From Candidatus Woesearchaeota archaeon (GTDB lineage: Archaea; Nanobdellota; Nanobdellia; Woesearchaeales; JABGXB01), in contig JABGXB010000003.1 of the NCBI GenBank assembly GCA_018675975.1, positions 267,821 to 331,820 on the forward strand: a DNA stretch of 64,000 nt, in the 5' to 3' direction. Below, in pieces: positions 1 through 9,696 of this stretch. Numbering within the stretch: position 1 is the first letter of the stretch; each line of letters begins with the position of its first letter. Made by a program: the position numbers and the translations under genes. The notes beneath the pieces are model-generated. The model saw only the letters and a program-made list of their open reading frames with translations. It did no database searches and was not told the DNA's origin.

Positions 1-117
1 AATTAAAAAAGAAATATTGACTTTAAAAATAATTATATTCTTAAAACTAAATTAATAGAATTATTTGATTTTTAAAATATAAAAAAAACTTATAAATTCC
101 ACACTAAATCAACAAAT

Positions 118-345
118 ATGATTACAATAGAAGAAATTAAAAATAAATTAGAAAACAGTATGCCTAATGCAATAATTGAAATAAGTAACCCACAAGAAGA
201 TGGAAGACATTTTTTTGCAAAAATAATATGGGATGAATTTGAAAACAAAACATTAGTTGAGCAACATCAATTTGTTTATGAAATTTTAAAAGAAGAAATG
301 AAAGAACAAATACACGCATTAGGATTGGACACTAAATCAAAATAA
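118..345 (+). CDS. bolA: BolA family protein
   Basis: 75 aa; DGRHF...QHQFVYEIL...IHALGLDT matches the BolA signature (HF..S..F.G...RH..VY..L...IHAL); immediately upstream of a CGFS glutaredoxin (classic BolA-Grx pairing). Confidence 0.8.
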   Translation: MITIEEIKNKLENSMPNAIIEISNPQEDGRHFFAKIIWDEFENKTLVEQHQFVYEILKEEMKEQIHALGLDTKSK

Positions 346-357
346 AAGGTTAAAAAA

Positions 358-666
358 ATGGATGAACAAGTTAAAACAAAAATTGAAGAATTAATTAAAT
401 CTAAAAAAGTATTTTTATTTATGAAAGGAACACCTGAAGAACCAGACTGTGGATTTTCAGCAAGAGTAATAGAAGTATTAAATCATTTTAATATAGAGTA
501 TTTAAGTTTTGATATATTAGAAAATGAAGAAATTAGACAAGGAATAAAAGAATATTCAAATTGGCCAACAATCCCACAATTATACATTGATGGAAAGTTT
601 GTAGGCGGTTGTGATATTATTGAAGAAATGGCAAGAAGTGGAGAATTATCTAAACTATTAAATTAA
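358..666 (+). CDS. grxD: monothiol glutaredoxin (CGFS type)
   Basis: 102 aa; active site CGFS in KGTPEEPDCGFSARV; C-terminal TIPQLYIDGKFVGGCDI glutaredoxin fold motif. Confidence 0.85.
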   Translation: MDEQVKTKIEELIKSKKVFLFMKGTPEEPDCGFSARVIEVLNHFNIEYLSFDILENEEIRQGIKEYSNWPTIPQLYIDGKFVGGCDIIEEMARSGELSKLLN

Positions 667-715
667 TATTTTAAAGTCAATAAATCTTTATAATTAAATT
701 ATGTCTTAATTTCAT

Positions 716-1189
716 ATGGATATTCTTTGGAAAAACTTATTTAAAAAAAGAAACAATAATTCAATTAGTACAATTATAAAAAATGTCGATTTATTTAATG
801 AATTATCAAAAAAACAAATAAAAGAAATAATTAATTTAGGTCATGTTAGAAACTATAAAGAAAATGAAATCATATTTAATAAAAATGAACAAAGTTTTGG
901 AATGTTTATCATATTAAAAGGTCAAGTTGAGATTTATATAAATAAAAATAATAAAAAACAAATAATTGACAATTATAAACAATCAGAATATTTTGGAGAA
1001 ATCTCATTAATTGATAAAAATATAAGAAAAGTAAATGCAATAGCAAAAAAAGAAACAAAATTGTTTTATGTTTTTGGAGAAGATTTTAAAGAACTATTAA
1101 ACAAAAATAAAGATATTTCAATATTATTCTATAAAAATCTTACAAAAAATTTAATTGAAAAATTAAATTATCTGGAAAAATTATTATGA
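716..1189 (+). CDS. cyclic-nucleotide-binding (CAP effector-like) domain protein
   Basis: 157 aa; FGMFIILKGQVEIY ... FGEISLIDKNIRKVNAIAKKETKL matches the cNMP-binding beta-roll/phosphate-binding cassette pattern; stop overlaps the start of the next gene by 4 nt. Confidence 0.6.
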   Translation: MDILWKNLFKKRNNNSISTIIKNVDLFNELSKKQIKEIINLGHVRNYKENEIIFNKNEQSFGMFIILKGQVEIYINKNNKKQIIDNYKQSEYFGEISLIDKNIRKVNAIAKKETKLFYVFGEDFKELLNKNKDISILFYKNLTKNLIEKLNYLEKLL

Positions 1190-2244
1190 ATCCTATAAAT
1201 TTAAATAAAAAAATATGGTTAAATTTATTTTTAATTTTAGTCTTTATAACAATATTAGGATATATTTTTTTTCAATTTATTTCAATATTTGGATATGTAT
1301 TAATAGGGGTAATATTAAGTTATATATTAAATCCAATTGTAAAAAAAGTTGAAGCATTAGGATTTTCTAAAAAACATGCATTTAGTATAATAATTACAAT
1401 AAGTTTAATATTCATAATTACTGCAATGACAATTGCAATTCCTTTAATAAATCAAGAAGTTAATTCTCTCTCTAATAAATGGCCAGAAATAAAATCCAAA
1501 ATTAATAATCAAATTCTAACTGAAAAAATAAATAATAAAAATGAATCTACATATTATTTTCCACTATTAAATATTGAAATTGCTAAAAGTAATATAGATG
1601 GATTTTTATTAGATTATTCTTCACAAATAAATATATTTGCAAAAAATTTAATTTCAGTAATATTTAAATTAATTTTAATAGTACCAATTGTAACATATTT
1701 TTTAATCATAAAAAGAAGAAAAATCAAAAAGAAAATATTTCAATTAATTCCAAATAAATATTTTGAAATTATTTTTGCAATGGTAAAAGAAATAAATAAA
1801 TCCATTGAAAATTATATTTCAGCAAAAATAATTCAAGCAGTTATAATTTCAGTTTCAGCTAGTATTGGTTTTATAATAATAAATTTAAATTTTCCAATAT
1901 TTTTAGGAATATTTGTAGGTCTTGCAAATATCATACCTTATATTGGACCATTAATTGGAGCTATACCAGCAATACTTATTGCATATTTATTTTTTGATAC
2001 AAAAATAATTATATTTGTCTTAATTTTATTATTAATCGTACAATTAATTGACAATTTTATAATTCAACCAATAATATTACCAAAATTAGTTAATGAACAT
2101 CCAATTGTAGTTATAGTTATTACATTAATTGGAGCAGAATTATTTGGCCCATTAGGGATGATTATGGCATTGCCAATTTTTATAATAATTAAAATAATAT
2201 TATTAAAAAGTTATATTGCTCTAGACTTCTTATATTCTAAATAA
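1186..2244 (+). CDS. AI-2E family (PerM/UPF0118) membrane transporter
   Basis: 352 aa, polytopic; conserved GLANIIPYIGPLIGAIPAILIA motif typical of the AI-2E family. Confidence 0.7.
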   Translation: MNPINLNKKIWLNLFLILVFITILGYIFFQFISIFGYVLIGVILSYILNPIVKKVEALGFSKKHAFSIIITISLIFIITAMTIAIPLINQEVNSLSNKWPEIKSKINNQILTEKINNKNESTYYFPLLNIEIAKSNIDGFLLDYSSQINIFAKNLISVIFKLILIVPIVTYFLIIKRRKIKKKIFQLIPNKYFEIIFAMVKEINKSIENYISAKIIQAVIISVSASIGFIIINLNFPIFLGIFVGLANIIPYIGPLIGAIPAILIAYLFFDTKIIIFVLILLLIVQLIDNFIIQPIILPKLVNEHPIVVIVITLIGAELFGPLGMIMALPIFIIIKIILLKSYIALDFLYSK

Positions 2245-2303
2245 TAAATTAAAAGTACTTGATTAAATAAAAACTTATAAATAATTTAACAATTAATTTT
2301 TAT

Positions 2304-2582
2304 ATGGGAGATAAATGGTATAATTCAGGCATTTCAAATTATATAAGTCAAGGCGTAGCATATTCTTTAATATTTGGAACTCTAATATTAGGAGGCGGTT
2401 CTTGTTACAGACAAAATGTAATTGCAGAAGCCGAGGCTGAAAGAATTAAAAGTGGAAGTTATATTATCCGTCAGGGTGACTTTAATAAAAACGGTAAAAG
2501 AGAAGAATTTATTGAAATAAGAAATAAAAAGTTTTTCTCAATGATTGATGGAATAGATTTAGAATCAAAATTAAAAGAATAA
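2304..2582 (+). CDS. hypothetical small protein (N-terminal TM helix), encoded inside an insert flanked by duplicated gene-end sequence
   Basis: 92 aa ORF; locally higher GC than surroundings; flanked by 2171..2244 and its copy at 2598..2672. Confidence 0.4.
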   Translation: MGDKWYNSGISNYISQGVAYSLIFGTLILGGGSCYRQNVIAEAEAERIKSGSYIIRQGDFNKNGKREEFIEIRNKKFFSMIDGIDLESKLKE

Positions 2583-2597
2583 AACTTTTAATTTTAC

Positions 2598-2672
2598 TGC
2601 CAATTTTTATAATAATTAAAATCATACTATTAAAAAGTTATATCGCCCTAGACTTCTTATATTCTAAATAAA
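2598..2672 (+). repeat. about 74-bp direct repeat copying the 3' end (last 24 codons plus stop) of the AI-2E gene at 2171..2244
   Basis: Aligned by eye: 4 mismatches in about 74 bp, all four synonymous with respect to the original reading frame. Confidence 0.8.
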
Positions 2673-2744
2673 AAAATATTATTTTTTAATTGCTTCAAAA
2701 CTAATATCACATGGTTGTTCAAATCTATTAATTAAATAGGGATA

Positions 2745-3734
2745 CTATTCATCTAATGATTCAACATCAGAAATACGTTCAGTTTCTAAAAAAATACTAT
2801 GCTTATCTTTACCATATTTACCATAAAAACCTTTAGTATTTTTTATGAGTTCAAATGACATTGGGTCTGCATCATTTACTTTATTTTCCTTAAAAAACAC
2901 ATTTTTTTTATCTTTAGCAAAAAAACCACCCACAACTTGAAATGTTTCACTATCTGCTTCCGAAATTAAATTCGAATAACTATAAACATGATTTTTATCT
3001 TTTGCATACCCATATTCTAAAACTTCAAAAGTTTTTATATCTGCATTTGACAATATGTTATCATAATGATAAATTCCAAAATATTTTTTATTAAACCCTT
3101 CTGAAAGTTCAATACCAAAACTAAAATTTATATTTAAAAAATATATCACTATAAATAAAATAGTTAATCCAAAAATTATTTTTTTAATATTTTTTTCTTT
3201 AATTAAGATTTCACCTAGATTTTTGATAAAAAAAGATGATATTGCATTTGCAATTATAAATATAAGTAAAATAAAAATAGGTCCAAGAACAAGTATTATA
3301 GGTCCAAGAACAAACATTAAAGCACCAAGATTAATTAATGAAAGTTTAATTAATCTTTCAATTATCGTATTTTGAAAATAAATAGATAATATCATGGCCA
3401 TAATCATTATAAATAAAAAAAATATCATTACCCTAGAAAAAAATAATTTCAAAGATGTTTTGATTTTTTTTTTTTCATCAAAAGGAACATCTTGTAATCT
3501 ATATGCTTGGTATATACTAACAAAGATAATAATAAAAAATGCAATTCCAACAACTAAATTATGTAAACCCGCTTCATAAGGAGTTCCAAAAAAAGTCCCA
3601 TATAATAAATCAAAAAAAACAATAATAACTACAATTATTAATCCAACAATTAATCCTTGTGAAAAAATATTTAAATTTTTAAAATATATCAAATTAGAAT
3701 TTTTTTGTAATTTAGAATTATTAACTTGATCCAT
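2745..3734 (-). CDS. membrane protein with C-terminal DKNYY-like repeats
   Basis: 329 aa; several TM helices followed by repeated YAKDKNHVYY / FAKDKKNVFF / YGKDKHSIF units resembling the DKNYY repeat family. Confidence 0.5.
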   Translation of the reverse strand: MDQVNNSKLQKNSNLIYFKNLNIFSQGLIVGLIIVVIIVFFDLLYGTFFGTPYEAGLHNLVVGIAFFIIIFVSIYQAYRLQDVPFDEKKKIKTSLKLFFSRVMIFFLFIMIMAMILSIYFQNTIIERLIKLSLINLGALMFVLGPIILVLGPIFILLIFIIANAISSFFIKNLGEILIKEKNIKKIIFGLTILFIVIYFLNINFSFGIELSEGFNKKYFGIYHYDNILSNADIKTFEVLEYGYAKDKNHVYSYSNLISEADSETFQVVGGFFAKDKKNVFFKENKVNDADPMSFELIKNTKGFYGKYGKDKHSIFLETERISDVESLDE

Positions 3735-3923
3735 AATATTAAAAACTAAATTAGATTATATAAAGCTAATCAAAAAAAATAGAGTATCACCCACAATAAT
3801 TAATAAATGGTTATTTTTTTTATGAATTCTTTTTAATTTTTTATTATTAAATAAATTACTATAAAAAGAAATATTGTTGATAAAATAAACCCACAATTAA
3901 ATAATCTGTTTTACAAATATTAA

Positions 3924-4442
3924 TTATAAATTATTAATTGGAACCTCTAATATGATGAGTTCTAATTTTTTATTCTCCGGTTGAGAATTTTTTCTATTAA
4001 AATGTACTAGAGTTTTCTTATTCGTAGTTTCTCGAAATCCCATTTTTTTAAAATAATTTAATGAAACTTCATTCCTAGAAGAAATTTGCTCATATATAGC
4101 CTTTAAATTTGAATATTTATTTTTTAAGTCATTAACAATTAAATCAATTACTTTTTTAGAAATACCTTTGTTTTGGTGTTCTGGTAATAAGCCATGAAAT
4201 CTAATCCCTGCGTTTTCAGTATCATCGATTTTAAACAAATAGTAACCCGTTATACCTATTACCTCGTGATTGTCTCTAATAAAATAATTCATACCATTTT
4301 TTTCTTTTATCCAAGTATCAAAAGATGCCTCAATATCTACATAATATTCTGGCTCAAAAATTTGTTTTGCTACATCCATATATTTATGTCTATTGCCAGA
4401 ATTAATCTCCTCGATATTAATTTTCATAATCTTATAATTCAA
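3924..4442 (-). CDS. GNAT family N-acetyltransferase
   Basis: 172 aa; acetyl-CoA-binding-like motif HQNKGISKKVIDLIV..., typical GNAT length and layout. Confidence 0.6.
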   Translation of the reverse strand: MNYKIMKINIEEINSGNRHKYMDVAKQIFEPEYYVDIEASFDTWIKEKNGMNYFIRDNHEVIGITGYYLFKIDDTENAGIRFHGLLPEHQNKGISKKVIDLIVNDLKNKYSNLKAIYEQISSRNEVSLNYFKKMGFRETTNKKTLVHFNRKNSQPENKKLELIILEVPINNL

Positions 4443-4588
4443 TATATTCTTATAAACATTAGCATAAATAAATAGACCTTCATTTATTGCTTTTTCTCCT
4501 TTTTAGAATTTAAATTTATCTATTATCTAAAACGAAAAATAAATAATTCTTGAAAAGCCTTATAAATAATAAGTAAACTATAGTTAAC

Positions 4589-4969
4589 ATGGAGCTATTA
4601 TTACCACAAGAAGTAGAAGTACATTATATTATTCCAACTATTAGAAAATATTTTGCACATTATTTAAATCAAAATGGAATGAACCAAACTGAAATTTCTA
4701 AAATTTTTGGAATTACAAAATCTGCAGTATCACAATATTTTAGTAAAAAACGTGGAAATAAAATTACATTTCAAAAAGATTTTGTAAAAGAAATAGAAAT
4801 TGCAACAAAACAAATCACAGATAAATATACTTTTATGTATCAAATGCAAAAATTATTATTAAAATTGAAAAATGATTATTCAATTTGTACAATTCATGAA
4901 CAAATTAATCCAAATTTAAATAATTGTAATCCAGAATTGGTTGGATGCCACTTTAGAAAAACAAAATGA
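4589..4969 (+). CDS. HTH transcriptional regulator with Cys/His cluster, leading the suf operon
   Basis: 126 aa; helix-turn-helix TEISKIFGITKSAVSQYF; C-terminal C..H....C....C.H cluster; stop overlaps the sufB start by 4 nt. Confidence 0.5.
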   Translation: MELLLPQEVEVHYIIPTIRKYFAHYLNQNGMNQTEISKIFGITKSAVSQYFSKKRGNKITFQKDFVKEIEIATKQITDKYTFMYQMQKLLLKLKNDYSICTIHEQINPNLNNCNPELVGCHFRKTK

Positions 4970-6360
4970 GTAAATTAGATTTTGAACCGAATAGAGAAGT
5001 TTATGATAAAAAAGTAAATTTCAAAAAGAATATTGAAACTTCACCTGGACTAAGTGAAGATATTGTTAGATTAATCTCTAAACAAAAAGAAGAACCTGAA
5101 TGGATGTTAAAAAAAAGATTAGAAGCATTAGAATTATTTGAAAAAACAGAATTACCAAAATGGGGACCGAGTTTAGATATTCTAGATTTTGATCAAATTA
5201 AATTTTATGTTGATCCTAATACAAAAGAAACAAATTCTTGGGATGAAGTACCAGATGAAATAAAAGAAACATTTGAAAGATTAGGAATACCAGAAGCAGA
5301 AAGAAAAGGTTTAGCTGGAGTTGGTGCACAATTTGATAGTTCAATGGTTTATCATAATTTAGAAAAAGCATTAAAAGATAAAGGTGTGATTTTTGAAAAT
5401 ATGGATGTTGCAGTAAAAAAATATCCTGAATTAGTAAAAAAATATTTTATGAAACAATGTATTCCAATAAATGATCATAAGTTTATTATGTTACATGCAG
5501 CAGTATGGTCTGGTGGAACTTTTATTTATGTTCCAGAAAATACAAAAGTGGAATTACCATTACAAGCATATTTTAGAATGAATGAAATTATGGGTGGACA
5601 ATTTGAACATACTTTAATTATTTTAGAAAAAAATGCAGAATTACATTATATTGAAGGATGTAGTTCACCAAAATATTCAAAACAATCATTACATGCAGGT
5701 TGTGTTGAAATAATTGTAAATGAAGGAGCAAAGATGCGTTATTCATCAATAGAGAATTGGTCAAAAAATGTATACAACCTAAACACAAAAAGAGCAATTG
5801 TACATAAAAATGCAAAAATTAATTGGGTTAATGGAAATATGGGAAGTTGTAAAACAATGTTATACCCATGTAGTATATTAATTGGAGAAGGGGCAAGTTC
5901 AGATAATTTAGGAATTGCTTTCGCTGGTAAAAATCAAGATCAAGATACGGGAAGCAAAGTTATTCATGCTGCTAAAAATACAAGTTCTACAATAAAAGCA
6001 AAAAGTATTAGTAATTTTGGAGGAATTTCAAGTTATAGAGGACTAGTTGAAGTTAATAAAAATGCAATTAATACTAAAAGTAGTGTAGAGTGTGATGCGT
6101 TAATTATAGATGATAAATCAAGTTCAAACACATACCCGTTTATGAAAATTAATAATAATAAAATAAATATTTCTCACGAAGCAAGTGTTGGTAAAATAGG
6201 CGATGAACAAATTTATTATTTAATGTCAAGAGGATTATCTAAAGAACAAGCAATTCAATTAATTGTTGGTGGATTTATTGAACCGATTAGTAAACAATTA
6301 CCATTAGAATATGCAATTGAATTAAATAAATTAATTGAATTAGAAATTGAAGGTATGTAA
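4966..6360 (+). CDS. sufB: Fe-S cluster assembly protein SufB
   Basis: 464 aa; HYIEGCSSPKYS and the conserved C-terminal beta-helix region (GDEQIYYLMSRGL) typical of SufB. Confidence 0.9.
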   Translation: MSKLDFEPNREVYDKKVNFKKNIETSPGLSEDIVRLISKQKEEPEWMLKKRLEALELFEKTELPKWGPSLDILDFDQIKFYVDPNTKETNSWDEVPDEIKETFERLGIPEAERKGLAGVGAQFDSSMVYHNLEKALKDKGVIFENMDVAVKKYPELVKKYFMKQCIPINDHKFIMLHAAVWSGGTFIYVPENTKVELPLQAYFRMNEIMGGQFEHTLIILEKNAELHYIEGCSSPKYSKQSLHAGCVEIIVNEGAKMRYSSIENWSKNVYNLNTKRAIVHKNAKINWVNGNMGSCKTMLYPCSILIGEGASSDNLGIAFAGKNQDQDTGSKVIHAAKNTSSTIKAKSISNFGGISSYRGLVEVNKNAINTKSSVECDALIIDDKSSSNTYPFMKINNNKINISHEASVGKIGDEQIYYLMSRGLSKEQAIQLIVGGFIEPISKQLPLEYAIELNKLIELEIEGM

Positions 6361-7473
6361 ATGAAAGTAGATCAAATTAAATTAAATGCAGAAAATTATT
6401 ATAATAGCACTAAATTTGAAACTATAAAATATGGAATAGGAATTAATGTAAATTTAAATAAATTAAATATTGATAAATTAAAATTCAATAATAGTAAAAA
6501 TAAAATAGATATAATTGCAAATAAAAGTGTTAAAATAATAGATTTTTCTAAATTAAAAACAGAAATAAATTATATTAATAAATTAATAAAAGAAGATGAA
6601 AATAAAATAATCTCATTACATTTTTCTAGGTTTAATAGTGGAAAATTAATAATCATACCAAAAGACACAATCATAACTGAACCAATTATAATAAATTCTG
6701 ATTCACAAGATGAAACTGATTTATATAATATAATAATTATAGCCGAAGAATCTTCAAAAGCAAATATAATTGAAATATCAAAATCTAATAATAAAACTAA
6801 ATTAAAAAGTAATATAATACAAATATTTGCAAATAAAAATAGTAATATCAAATATAATTATATTAATTTAAATGATAAAAAAACTAATTGTTTTAATATA
6901 AAAAGATCAGAAATAAAAAAAGATGCAAATATTGATTTCTTAGACGTTAATTTAGGATCAAATTTTAATCAAAATAGTAATAAAACATATTTAAAAGAAA
7001 GTGGAGCAAATACAAATAATTATGCAATTTATTTTACAAATGAAAAACAAAATTATGATATTGATATAGAAAATATACATGATGGTTCAAATACTAATAG
7101 TAATATAATATCAAAAGCAATATTAGATGACGAATCCAAAATAATTTATAGAAGTAATATTAATGTAAATAAAAATTGTAAAAGATGTAATGGACATCAA
7201 AAAGAAAATACATTATTGATAAGTAAAGATTCAAAAATTGATGCAGTTCCTATGTTAGAAATAAATAATGAAGATGTTAATATTAGTCACGGTGTAACAA
7301 TTTCTGATATTGAAGAAGAAAAATTATATTATTTAAAATCTAGAGGATTAGATGAAGAACAATCTAAAGAAATAATTATTAGAGGATTTATTAATGAATT
7401 AATTGACAAAATTGAAGATAAAAACATTTTACAATTAGTTGAAAAAGAAATAAATAAAAAATTAAAAAAATGA
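6361..7473 (+). CDS. sufD: Fe-S cluster assembly protein SufD (highly divergent, N/K-rich)
   Basis: 370 aa; position between sufB and sufS; C-terminal LYYLKSRGLDEEQSKEIIIRGF matches the SufB/SufD family C-terminal motif. Confidence 0.6.
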   Translation: MKVDQIKLNAENYYNSTKFETIKYGIGINVNLNKLNIDKLKFNNSKNKIDIIANKSVKIIDFSKLKTEINYINKLIKEDENKIISLHFSRFNSGKLIIIPKDTIITEPIIINSDSQDETDLYNIIIIAEESSKANIIEISKSNNKTKLKSNIIQIFANKNSNIKYNYINLNDKKTNCFNIKRSEIKKDANIDFLDVNLGSNFNQNSNKTYLKESGANTNNYAIYFTNEKQNYDIDIENIHDGSNTNSNIISKAILDDESKIIYRSNINVNKNCKRCNGHQKENTLLISKDSKIDAVPMLEINNEDVNISHGVTISDIEEEKLYYLKSRGLDEEQSKEIIIRGFINELIDKIEDKNILQLVEKEINKKLKK

Positions 7474-8663
7474 ATGAAAAAGATTTTCCAATATTAAAAA
7501 GAAAAATAAATGGACATAATTTGGTTTATTTAGATAATGCTGCAACTACACAAAAACCAAATCAAGTAATCGATAGTCAAATTGATTATTATAAAAATTA
7601 TAATTCAAATGTACATAGAGGAATACATCAGTTAAGTGAAGAATCAAGTAAAATGTATCATGATGCAAGACAGACAACGGCAGATTTTATTAATGCTAAA
7701 TTTAATGAAGTAGTTTTTACTGCTGGAACAACTGATGGAATAAATATGATTGCTAATAGTTTAAAATCACAATTAAAAAAAGGTGATGAAATCATTTTGA
7801 GCGAAATGGAACATCATTCCAATATTGCTCCTTGGATTAAAATTGCAAAAAAAAAAAAATTAATATTAAAATATATTCCATTAAAAGATTTTGAACTAGA
7901 TTATAAAAAAGCTAAAGATCTAATAAGCGAAAAAACAAAAATAATTGCAATTTCACATATATCAAATGTATTAGGTACTATAAACGATATATCAAAAATA
8001 AAAACAATGATAAAAAATAAAAATATTATTTTTATTTTAGATGCAGCACAAAGTGTTCCACATATAAAAATTGATGTGAAAAAATTAGATATAGATTTTT
8101 TGGTATTTTCTTCACATAAAATGTGCGGACCTACAGGTATTGGAGTTCTTTATGGAAAAGAAGAATTATTAGATAAATTAGAACCAAATCAATATGGTGG
8201 TGGTGCAGTTGAAATAGTAAATAAAGATAATTTTACTTTAACAGAATCACCATTTAAATTTGAAGCTGGAACTCCAAAAATTGCACAAGCCATTGGATTT
8301 GCAAGTGCTATTAAATATTTAAATCACATTGGAATGGATAAAATTGAAAAATATGAACATGAATTATATGAATATGCACATAAGAAAATAAAAGAAATTA
8401 AAAATATTACATTATATGCACCTAAAAAAAATAGAAGTTGTTTAATTTCATTCTCAATTAAAAACATTCACCCTCATGATATTAGTGAAATATTAAATCA
8501 AAAAGGTATTGCAGTTAGAAGTGGTAATCATTGTGCACAGCCATTAACACAAGCAATCAATGTTAATAATACAACAAGAGCATCATTTTATTTTTATAAT
8601 AATAAAAATGATGTAGACAAATTAATTGAAGGAATTAATTATGCAATAAAAATATTGAGTTAA
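7470..8663 (+). CDS. sufS: cysteine desulfurase SufS (class V PLP aminotransferase)
   Basis: 397 aa; PLP-lysine region FSSHKMCGPTGIGVLYG and active-site Cys loop RSGNHCAQPL. Confidence 0.85.
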   Translation: MNEKDFPILKRKINGHNLVYLDNAATTQKPNQVIDSQIDYYKNYNSNVHRGIHQLSEESSKMYHDARQTTADFINAKFNEVVFTAGTTDGINMIANSLKSQLKKGDEIILSEMEHHSNIAPWIKIAKKKKLILKYIPLKDFELDYKKAKDLISEKTKIIAISHISNVLGTINDISKIKTMIKNKNIIFILDAAQSVPHIKIDVKKLDIDFLVFSSHKMCGPTGIGVLYGKEELLDKLEPNQYGGGAVEIVNKDNFTLTESPFKFEAGTPKIAQAIGFASAIKYLNHIGMDKIEKYEHELYEYAHKKIKEIKNITLYAPKKNRSCLISFSIKNIHPHDISEILNQKGIAVRSGNHCAQPLTQAINVNNTTRASFYFYNNKNDVDKLIEGINYAIKILS

Positions 8664-8664
8664 A

Positions 8665-9414
8665 ATGGATTTAGAAATTAAAAATTTATGTGTAGAAGTA
8701 GAAGGAAAAGAAGTATTAAAAAATATTAATATGAAGTTTGAAAAAGGTAAAACTTATGCTATCATGGGACCTAATGGAAGTGGTAAAAGTAGTTTAGCAA
8801 ATACTATTTGTGCAAACCCAAAATACAAAATTACTAAAGGGAAAATTATTTTAAATGGAAAAGACATTACAAAAACAACCCCGGATAAAAGAGCAAGATT
8901 AGGTTTATTTTTATCTTTTCAATATCCTGAAGAAATACCTGGAGCAAGCCTTACAAATTTTTTAAGAATGGCATATAATAATTTACATGAAGAAAAATTA
9001 AATCCAATGAAATTTTTAAAATTATTAAAAGAAAAAATGGCTGAATTAAAAATGGCAGATACATTTAGAAGAAGGTATTTAAATCAAGGTTTTAGTGGGG
9101 GAGAAAAAAAAAGATGTGAAATTTTACAATTAAGTATATTAGAACCAAAATTTGCAATTTTAGATGAAATTGATAGTGGATTAGATGTAGATGCTCTAAA
9201 AATAGTTTGTGATATGATAAATAAAATTAGAAATAACAAAAAAGAAATGACAACTACTCTTATTACACATTATAATAAAATATTACAATATATACATCCA
9301 GATAAAATTTATATTTTATATAATGGAAAAATAATAAAGGAAGGTCAAAAAGAATTAGCCATTGAAATTGAAAATAATGGTTTTGAAAATATAATAAAAG
9401 AAAATGATAAGTAA
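8665..9414 (+). CDS. sufC: Fe-S assembly ATPase SufC
   Basis: 249 aa; Walker A GPNGSGKSS, ABC signature FSGGEKKR, Walker B ILDEIDSGLD. Confidence 0.9.
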   Translation: MDLEIKNLCVEVEGKEVLKNINMKFEKGKTYAIMGPNGSGKSSLANTICANPKYKITKGKIILNGKDITKTTPDKRARLGLFLSFQYPEEIPGASLTNFLRMAYNNLHEEKLNPMKFLKLLKEKMAELKMADTFRRRYLNQGFSGGEKKRCEILQLSILEPKFAILDEIDSGLDVDALKIVCDMINKIRNNKKEMTTTLITHYNKILQYIHPDKIYILYNGKIIKEGQKELAIEIENNGFENIIKENDK

Positions 9415-9694
9415 AAAAGAATTAATTGAAATTTTTGAAGATGTAATTGATCCAGAAATAAATATTGATATATGGACTATGGGATTAATTTATGATTATA
9501 AAATAGAAAAAGATAGAGTATGGATTAAAATGACCTTTACTACACCAACGTGTCCATTTGGTCCAGAATTAATTGAAGAAATTAAATCTAAAGTATTAAA
9601 CAAAGGATTAGAATTTTGTGATATTGATATAACTTTTGAACCACCTTGGAAACCAAGTGAAGATTTAAAAGAAATGTTAGGTATTGTAGATTAG
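9404..9694 (+). CDS. sufT: SufT-like / DUF59 (MIP18 family) Fe-S assembly protein
   Basis: 96 aa; VIDPEINIDIWTMGLIYD...MTFTTPTCPFGPELIE matches the DUF59 pattern (DP...D...LGL......T.T...CP). Confidence 0.7.
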   Translation: MISKKELIEIFEDVIDPEINIDIWTMGLIYDYKIEKDRVWIKMTFTTPTCPFGPELIEEIKSKVLNKGLEFCDIDITFEPPWKPSEDLKEMLGIVD

Positions 9695-9696
9695 AC

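Noticed and set aside
3394-6851. Internal or antisense ORFs 3394..3579, 4194..4475, 5618..5815, 6570..6851
   Set aside because: They are embedded in or antisense to well-supported genes (the membrane protein, GNAT, sufB, sufD). The I/L/F-rich translations are typical of AT-rich antisense frames.
7851-7860. A10 homopolymer inside sufS as a possible programmed frameshift or phase-variation site
   Set aside because: The reading frame is continuous through it (KKKK). Long A-runs are expected by composition in a roughly 75% AT genome.
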